In this document: positions 28,184 through 33,156 of the stretch, one piece after another
Position numbering within the stretch: position 1 is the stretch's first letter
How the letters are laid out: every line of letters starts with the position of its first letter
Assembly (NCBI GenBank): GCA_043718025.1
Contig: JAYSWN010000085.1
Location: 1-33,156, forward strand
Direction: 5' to 3'
DNA from: Pseudomonadota bacterium
Lineage (GTDB): Bacteria > Bdellovibrionota > FAC87 > UBA2466
DNA length: 33,156 nucleotides
The notes under the pieces: generated by a model
The model's database searches: none
The model's input: the letters and a program-made list of their open reading frames with translations, nothing else
Told to the model about the DNA's origin: nothing
Position numbers and translations under genes: made by a program

Positions 28184-28873
28184 TCACCCCAGGGCGGCGC
28201 GACTCCAGCGCCACCACTTTTCACAATCATTTTCGGGATCGGTGACCCTTACCGGGGGATGAAACTCTAGATGCGTTTCGATGCTCCTTTGCCCAAGCAG
28301 TCGCCAAAGGTGAGGCACAAAGGCATCGTCGTCGATGAAGGCGGCCGCACGCAGCGGAGAAAAGCGCAGGCGAAAGGGTTGGATCGGAATGTCGTGGGTG
28401 TGGGCAATCTTGAATGCGCCCCACCTCCAAGGGCGACTCTCATCAACCCGGGTGGTGCCCGAGGGAAATAGCACAAGGCTCTGCTTTTTTTCTTTAACCG
28501 AGATGGCTACCGCATCGCTAATTAACTCACGCGAATCCTTAGAGTTGCGGTCGACCATCACCACACCGATGGCACGGCATCCCGTACCGAAAATTGGCCA
28601 ATAACCAATCTGCTTCTTCGCCACAAAAACCACCGGCGCTTTGGCCATGAGCAGCGGTATATCGATATAACTAATATGATTGCCCACAAAGATCAGGGGG
28701 GTTTTCGTTTCTGCCTCGCCGAGCACGTGCACATCGAGGTTAAGCAGGTCTAGTACGCCGTGGGCCCAACGGGTAAGTTGAAGATTGAGCTCGGCGTGCG
28801 AAAAGCTGTCGAGTTTGGTCGCGGTTTTTAAGAAACTCGCCGTCTTCCACGAAGAGGCGAAGATTCGATTCAT
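28184..28873 (-). CDS. Lysophospholipid acyltransferase (PlsC family)
   Basis: NHISYID (HxxxxD), FVAKK, VDR and FPSGT. Start uncertain: the frame stays open to 29002. Confidence 0.88.
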   Translation of the reverse strand: MNRIFASSWKTASFLKTATKLDSFSHAELNLQLTRWAHGVLDLLNLDVHVLGEAETKTPLIFVGNHISYIDIPLLMAKAPVVFVAKKQIGYWPIFGTGCRAIGVVMVDRNSKDSRELISDAVAISVKEKKQSLVLFPSGTTRVDESRPWRWGAFKIAHTHDIPIQPFRLRFSPLRAAAFIDDDAFVPHLWRLLGQRSIETHLEFHPPVRVTDPENDCEKWWRWSRAALG

Positions 28874-29053
28874 GCGTGACACCCGGTCAAAATAACTGGT
28901 GCCACCTTGCAGCGTAACCATCAGCTGCCCTTTGTCTCCGGCAATCATGTAATACCCCTCACACCTGGCTTTCATTTTGACCTTCGGTCTCGGGTTTGCC
29001 AACCCTTAGTGATTTGCTTTAAAGTGCGAGCAATTTCCGAATGAGGAGGCGCT

Positions 29054-29815
29054 TTGAATCGTCCCGATTTTTTGAACTTTAAAGTCGATCACATGACGCT
29101 GCTGGTGCAGCCCAAACTCTACAATGTGGCTTACCTGATCTTTAGAAACGTTTTTGGTTGCACGCCCGAGCACGTGCTTTACGAAAAACGAAAAGAGTGG
29201 GTGGCGGGGCAAGGCGAACAGTCGCTTACTTTCGCCATGCAAGTGGGACACCGGCAAGAGGAGAGTGCCGAACTGGAGACCACCCTGATTGCGGTGGTGC
29301 AGCCGACTGAACCAAAAAATCAGCCTTCGCACGTGCGGTCGATGCTTAACGATCATAAAGCCGCGGCGCACTGGCAGCACGTTGCCCTGCGCACACCCGA
29401 CCTGCTCTCTTTTCACCGCCATGCCCTAGACCGTGGCGTAAACTTCATCACCCCGATTCTTCGCGACGAGGGCGAAGACGTGATCCAGGTCTTTAGCGGC
29501 GAATGGTTCTTTCCCGGAAGTCCCGCCAGCGGAATGTTTTTTGAGTACTTGCAACGTAACCCCAGCCCGGAGCTTTTAAAAAAGCTGGCCGAGAAAAATC
29601 GTGAATCTTGGTTCAACGATAAGACTTTCTTGGGGCTATACGGTGAAAAAGAGCAGGAATACCAAAGCGGTAACGTCACCCCGTTTTTGGACCCCGACCT
29701 TTTTGAAAGCCTATACGCCATAGTAAAAGACAAACAGTTTTGGGAAATTACCGAAGCCGACATTCGGGCGGCCGACGACAAGATGCTTAGCTACGGCCAA
29801 TCGCGGCGTAAATAG
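29054..29815 (+). CDS. VOC-superfamily metalloenzyme resembling the C-terminal catalytic domain of 4-hydroxyphenylpyruvate dioxygenase
   Basis: DHMT, WQHVALRT, IQVFS, FFEYLQRN and F...TF.GLY parallel HPPD DH../QHIAL/LQIFT/FFEIIQR/F..GNF.ALF. GAGGAGG RBS before the TTG start. Confidence 0.75.
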   Translation: MNRPDFLNFKVDHMTLLVQPKLYNVAYLIFRNVFGCTPEHVLYEKRKEWVAGQGEQSLTFAMQVGHRQEESAELETTLIAVVQPTEPKNQPSHVRSMLNDHKAAAHWQHVALRTPDLLSFHRHALDRGVNFITPILRDEGEDVIQVFSGEWFFPGSPASGMFFEYLQRNPSPELLKKLAEKNRESWFNDKTFLGLYGEKEQEYQSGNVTPFLDPDLFESLYAIVKDKQFWEITEADIRAADDKMLSYGQSRRK

Positions 29816-29873
29816 TACGATTTTTATCGACAAAAAACTCGACCAAGGCACCGACTTACCGCATATTGCCGCG

Positions 29874-30965
29874 ATGCGTAAAATTCTGGTTTCATTGGCC
29901 GTAGTCATTCCTCTTCTCGCTCTGGGAGATCCGCCGCAACCGGCTCGATTTGAAAAGTCGTTTGCGGTGCTTCGTGCCATCTTTGCCGAGACCGATCCCA
30001 GGAAGATCATTGATCAGTTGATTGCTAAAGGGCGCGGCCCGCTGTTTTCAATTGAGGGGTTGGCCAGAATTTACGAAGACCAGTACCCGGAAACGATGAC
30101 GTCGTTGCGAGACCAGTCTAAAGAGTTCGAGGATCGCCTGGGCACCCTCGTCGATTTAGGGGAGCACGTGGCTTACGCCAAAGAAATTGGCGCCTCAGAC
30201 CGCGTGATGCGACTTCTCCGGAAAAAAGTCACAGAAGATCGCGAGGCCTTTTTAATATGGTTACAAGAAAACAAGTGGGTCGATACCGATGATTTTCGTT
30301 TAGAAAAGTGGGAACGAAAAGTTGCCGCTACCGATTGGGATGGCCCCAAGAAAGATCGCCGCTACGTTCTCGAGCAGCTTATCGCTAGTACTAAACAACT
30401 TCGTCACAATGACTGGGATCTTTCTGAATTACAGGATGGGGTGCACGACTTTCGCCGCCGACTGCGCTGGCTGAGCATTTATTCTCAGTCGCTTGCCGAT
30501 CTGATGGTGATGGATGACCGAACGCTTAACCGTTGGGACGCCATTTTGACTGAACCCATTGCCTCATCTCAATACGCCGATCTTCCGAGTGCGGATAAAC
30601 TGAAATTTCCGATTCTTTTGCCGCGGGCCCTCCACCTAGAACTTACGCAAGCAATTTACGGATTGGGCAATGCCAAGAATGCGGGCGAAGCTCAGTACGA
30701 GTGGCTGGCGGCGGCCCTGTTTGAAACGGGCGAAGCATCCACTTTTTACCGGGCAAAAGCGGCGGCAGGAATACTTGCCCAAAAGCACTCGACTTACGCT
30801 GAGGTCAAAACTACGGCCCGCCGGATTTACAAGCACCTTCGGGGCAACGATGGTCGCTACGGCGACAAGTTGGATCGTGGCGTGCTCGTGGCGCTGCACA
30901 CGCGGCTGAAACAGCAGCGCGATTGGACGGCAAAAGACTGCCGTAGGGCCCTGGAAGAAGAGTAG
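29874..30965 (+). CDS. Secreted helical protein with CHAD-domain-like motifs
   Basis: Signal peptide; VHDFRRRLRWL and KEFEDRLG..VD resemble CHAD signatures. Confidence 0.6.
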   Translation: MRKILVSLAVVIPLLALGDPPQPARFEKSFAVLRAIFAETDPRKIIDQLIAKGRGPLFSIEGLARIYEDQYPETMTSLRDQSKEFEDRLGTLVDLGEHVAYAKEIGASDRVMRLLRKKVTEDREAFLIWLQENKWVDTDDFRLEKWERKVAATDWDGPKKDRRYVLEQLIASTKQLRHNDWDLSELQDGVHDFRRRLRWLSIYSQSLADLMVMDDRTLNRWDAILTEPIASSQYADLPSADKLKFPILLPRALHLELTQAIYGLGNAKNAGEAQYEWLAAALFETGEASTFYRAKAAAGILAQKHSTYAEVKTTARRIYKHLRGNDGRYGDKLDRGVLVALHTRLKQQRDWTAKDCRRALEEE

Positions 30966-31015
30966 ACCTTATTCGCCGTAGGAATAGCGCAGTAAAAAAT
31001 TCGGCCTAAAAAAAA

Positions 31016-31795
31016 TCAGGGCCGCATTTTTTGGTAGTGCGACAGGAGCTGCCCGTCGCTTAGCGCATAGGGATAGACCGCAAATTTTCCGATTGCGCCC
31101 TTGAAAAAAGAGTGGCCGTCGCGCGTGCCGATGCGCAGCGGGGCATCGCCCGCTTGCGGCTGGACATTAAACTGGCTAAGCGGGGTCACTTTGCGGAGCA
31201 CGCCGTTTTTATAAAGGCTAATCGCTTTCCCCCGCGAGGCCCGGGTGTCAATTACCACCGCCACGTATAGCCATTCGCCCGCCCTCACTTCGTCTTGAAA
31301 ATACGATCCCGATCCCAATCCGCCCTGTGGATTAAAGGCGTAAGCTGAAACGCGGTTGGGGCGATGGGCCGCGTTGTTTTCGGAGTACATACGCAGAGCG
31401 TACTCGTGCCGGCCCGAATCCCCTTTTCCCGCCCAGTGGACGTAGCCGTCGCTTTCTGTCGAAGGAAAGTCGAGCACGTCGGGTCGAATCCACGCTTCTA
31501 GAGTCATGGCGCCGTTTGCGTTCACCGAAATGGCCGGGGTTGAAGCAACCTCAAGGTATTGGGTAAATCCGTCGAACAACCCGGCGGTATCGCCGTTGGG
31601 CAATCTAGTCTTCTTGAAAGGTTTACTGGCGGGAAAGGCGGAGGCTAAGCCATTCACTGGCCCCCCCGATTTGAGAAAAAGGGCCGGATGGCCTTGGCGA
31701 ATCAGATTGTCGTATTCGGAAGCCTCCCCGGCGGGGGTAAGGCAAATGGCGCCCAGGGTGAGTAACGACATAGCAAACGTGGTGGAACTAAGCAT
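31016..31795 (-). CDS. Secreted LamG / concanavalin-A-like lectin domain protein
   Basis: Signal peptide; FDG...Y, MTLEAWIRP, GEWLYVAVV, LYKNG, LRIG, FKGAIGKFAVY.YALS. Confidence 0.85.
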   Translation of the reverse strand: MLSSTTFAMSLLTLGAICLTPAGEASEYDNLIRQGHPALFLKSGGPVNGLASAFPASKPFKKTRLPNGDTAGLFDGFTQYLEVASTPAISVNANGAMTLEAWIRPDVLDFPSTESDGYVHWAGKGDSGRHEYALRMYSENNAAHRPNRVSAYAFNPQGGLGSGSYFQDEVRAGEWLYVAVVIDTRASRGKAISLYKNGVLRKVTPLSQFNVQPQAGDAPLRIGTRDGHSFFKGAIGKFAVYPYALSDGQLLSHYQKMRP

Positions 31796-32001
31796 GGAGG
31801 CTCCTAATCTTGATTTAAAACGGACGAAGTGTCCCTACTACTTTAGGCGCGGAAGCGTGAAAAAAGGCTCATTCCTAAATTTTTGCGATCGCTTCGTGAG
31901 CCTTTTCTTTAAGCGTCGCGCGTAAAGAGTTGAGTACCCGCTTATTGGGCACTTGTAGGAATGGCCCTCGGACCTACCAACTTTTAAGCAAGGAGAGCGC
32001 G

Positions 32002-32913
32002 ATGAGCAGAAAACTTTTGAATGTGGTCTTGATGGCCTCGTTGGTATCGATTGCCGGAATGGCTAACGAATCAAACTTAGATGAAACGGGGAAGGGCGGC
32101 GGATTTTTTCGCCCGGCACCCAGGCCACACGGCGGCGTAACCGTAAGACCGACGCCGAAGCCCACCTTTCCGGTTGGAATTAAACCTACCTTCCCGGTGG
32201 GCATCAAACCAATGCCGCCCATGAAACCCCCGGTCGTCATCGGCATCATCAAGCCTCCGGTAAAACCCCCGATCATCGTTGGCATTATCAAGCCTCCGGT
32301 GAAACCTCCGGTCATCATCGGAATTATCAAGCCTCCGGTGAAACCTCCGGTCATCATCGGAATTATCAAACCGCCAAAGCCGCCCGTGATCGGAATTGTA
32401 ATTCCTAAACCGCCGCACAAGCCGCATTGGCCCACCTGGCCCCACAATCCGCACCACCCTCATTACCCACACTATCCGCATTGGCCTCACCGTCCGCATT
32501 GCCCCCCGTACGTGGTTGGCGGAATCTACACCCCAATCGTAATCTCTCAGCCCTATCCCGTAACCGTACCGGTGGAGCAGGGTCAAATGGTGTTGAATCT
32601 GCAGTGTGCTCTACCTGAGTCGGTACAGGCACAAGATCTGTCGACGATAAATGTAAATCTCATCGCCCGTACCGATGACTATCAGGTGGTTGGAACGCTG
32701 AATGACGCTGCCAACGCTCCATTCAACGTGAGTACGGTGGCCATGGGCACCATCGATGAGCAAATGGTGAGCTTGAAACTGCCGCAAGCCGATGAAGTGT
32801 ACCTTGAGGCCGTCGATTACGAAGGCACCAAGTACTACCAAGGCACGATTCGTCTCTTGGGTCGAAGCGACAAAAGTGGACTGGTCTGCCAGCTAACGGT
32901 GCTGGAACAGTAA
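32002..32913 (+). CDS. Secreted Pro/Lys/His-rich repeat protein with a globular C-terminal domain
   Basis: AAGGAG RBS then ATG 32002; signal peptide; tandem peptide repeats; ~110-aa beta-rich C-terminal domain bracketed by two Cys. Confidence 0.85.
   Translation: MSRKLLNVVLMASLVSIAGMANESNLDETGKGGGFFRPAPRPHGGVTVRPTPKPTFPVGIKPTFPVGIKPMPPMKPPVVIGIIKPPVKPPIIVGIIKPPVKPPVIIGIIKPPVKPPVIIGIIKPPKPPVIGIVIPKPPHKPHWPTWPHNPHHPHYPHYPHWPHRPHCPPYVVGGIYTPIVISQPYPVTVPVEQGQMVLNLQCALPESVQAQDLSTINVNLIARTDDYQVVGTLNDAANAPFNVSTVAMGTIDEQMVSLKLPQADEVYLEAVDYEGTKYYQGTIRLLGRSDKSGLVCQLTVLEQ
32158..32415 (+). repeat. Coding tandem repeats: 2 x 24 nt (KPTFPVGI) and about 5 x 39 nt (KPPVIIGIIKPPV)
   Basis: Units at 32158-32181 and 32182-32205; then 32224-32262, 32263-32301, 32302-32340, 32341-32376 and a degenerate 32377-32415. 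Variation is mostly synonymous or conservative. Confidence 0.92.
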
Positions 32914-32933
32914 GCAACCAATCTCTCTTCTCT

Positions 32934-32974
32934 AAACAAAAATAAGGCCCGGTCGGCAAACTACCGACCGGGCC
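32934..32974 (-). terminator. Rho-independent terminator between convergent genes
   Basis: 11-bp perfect stem GGCCCGGTCGG (32946-32956) / CCGACCGGGCC (32964-32974), followed by a U-rich tail on the - strand. Confidence 0.85.
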
Positions 32975-33001
32975 AATTCAATTTCGTAGCCGAACCTAAG
33001 T

Positions 33002-33156
33002 TTATTTAGGATCCTTGGGTGATTTCAAGATCCCGGCGAACAAGATTGCTCCCGAGTCATTGTCTTTAATTTCGAAGTAGAAGGGATGGTTCGCATTGAA
33101 CGAGAACGTCGGGTCAGGCTGGGCCGACGTAGTCCGCGCGCCACCGACTACGGTAA
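33002..33156 (-). CDS. Serpin (serine protease inhibitor), C-terminal fragment; 5' part lies outside the window
   Basis: Not in the ORF track. Hand translation: TVVGGARTTSAQPDPTFSFNANHPFYFEIKDNDSGAILFAGILKSPKDPK*, containing the serpin signature F.ANHPF.F.I.D..SG.ILF.G...P after the reactive-centre loop. Confidence 0.88.
   Translation of the reverse strand, partial: TVVGGARTTSAQPDPTFSFNANHPFYFEIKDNDSGAILFAGILKSPKDPK

Noticed and set aside
32224..32415. 39-nt repeats as a CRISPR array, and the antisense ORFs 31974-32447 and 32077-32586
   Set aside because: The repeats are contiguous, in frame and lack spacers; the antisense ORFs are shadows of the repetitive coding strand.

Overview
A 33-kb bacterial chromosomal window. 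Gene content and FliA/sigma54-like promoter motifs suggest a Bdellovibrionota/Oligoflexia- or deltaproteobacteria-like organism (inference only). In order: a truncated REC-GGDEF diguanylate cyclase (missed by the ORF track); a ~1-kb non-coding gap; a dacB / lytic transglycosylase / namZ peptidoglycan operon; a PAS hybrid histidine kinase; a lipoprotein plus a 1311-aa secreted protein with 14 Kelch-like repeats; a tightly coupled frmA-fghA-guaD-ade-NCS2 operon (formaldehyde detoxification joined to purine deamination and uptake); a redox-stress cluster (tpx, TrxR-like, Prx5-Grx hybrid, oxyR with its operator, rhodanese, FMN reductase, DJ-1, BolA-like, divergent SOD); signalling, lipid and secreted-protein genes; and the C-terminus of a serpin at the right edge. 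The most striking feature is the gap at ~851-1765. By hand it folds on the + strand into a ~245-nt multi-helix domain with a possible pseudoknot, followed by a ~670-nt branched rod, and it matches no RNA family I recognise: a candidate giant structured ncRNA. A second unrecognised ~116-nt three-way-junction RNA lies upstream of the BolA-like gene. No rRNA, tRNA, CRISPR array, transposase or integrase was seen. All folds were derived by eye and all protein calls from motif recognition; no searches were run.
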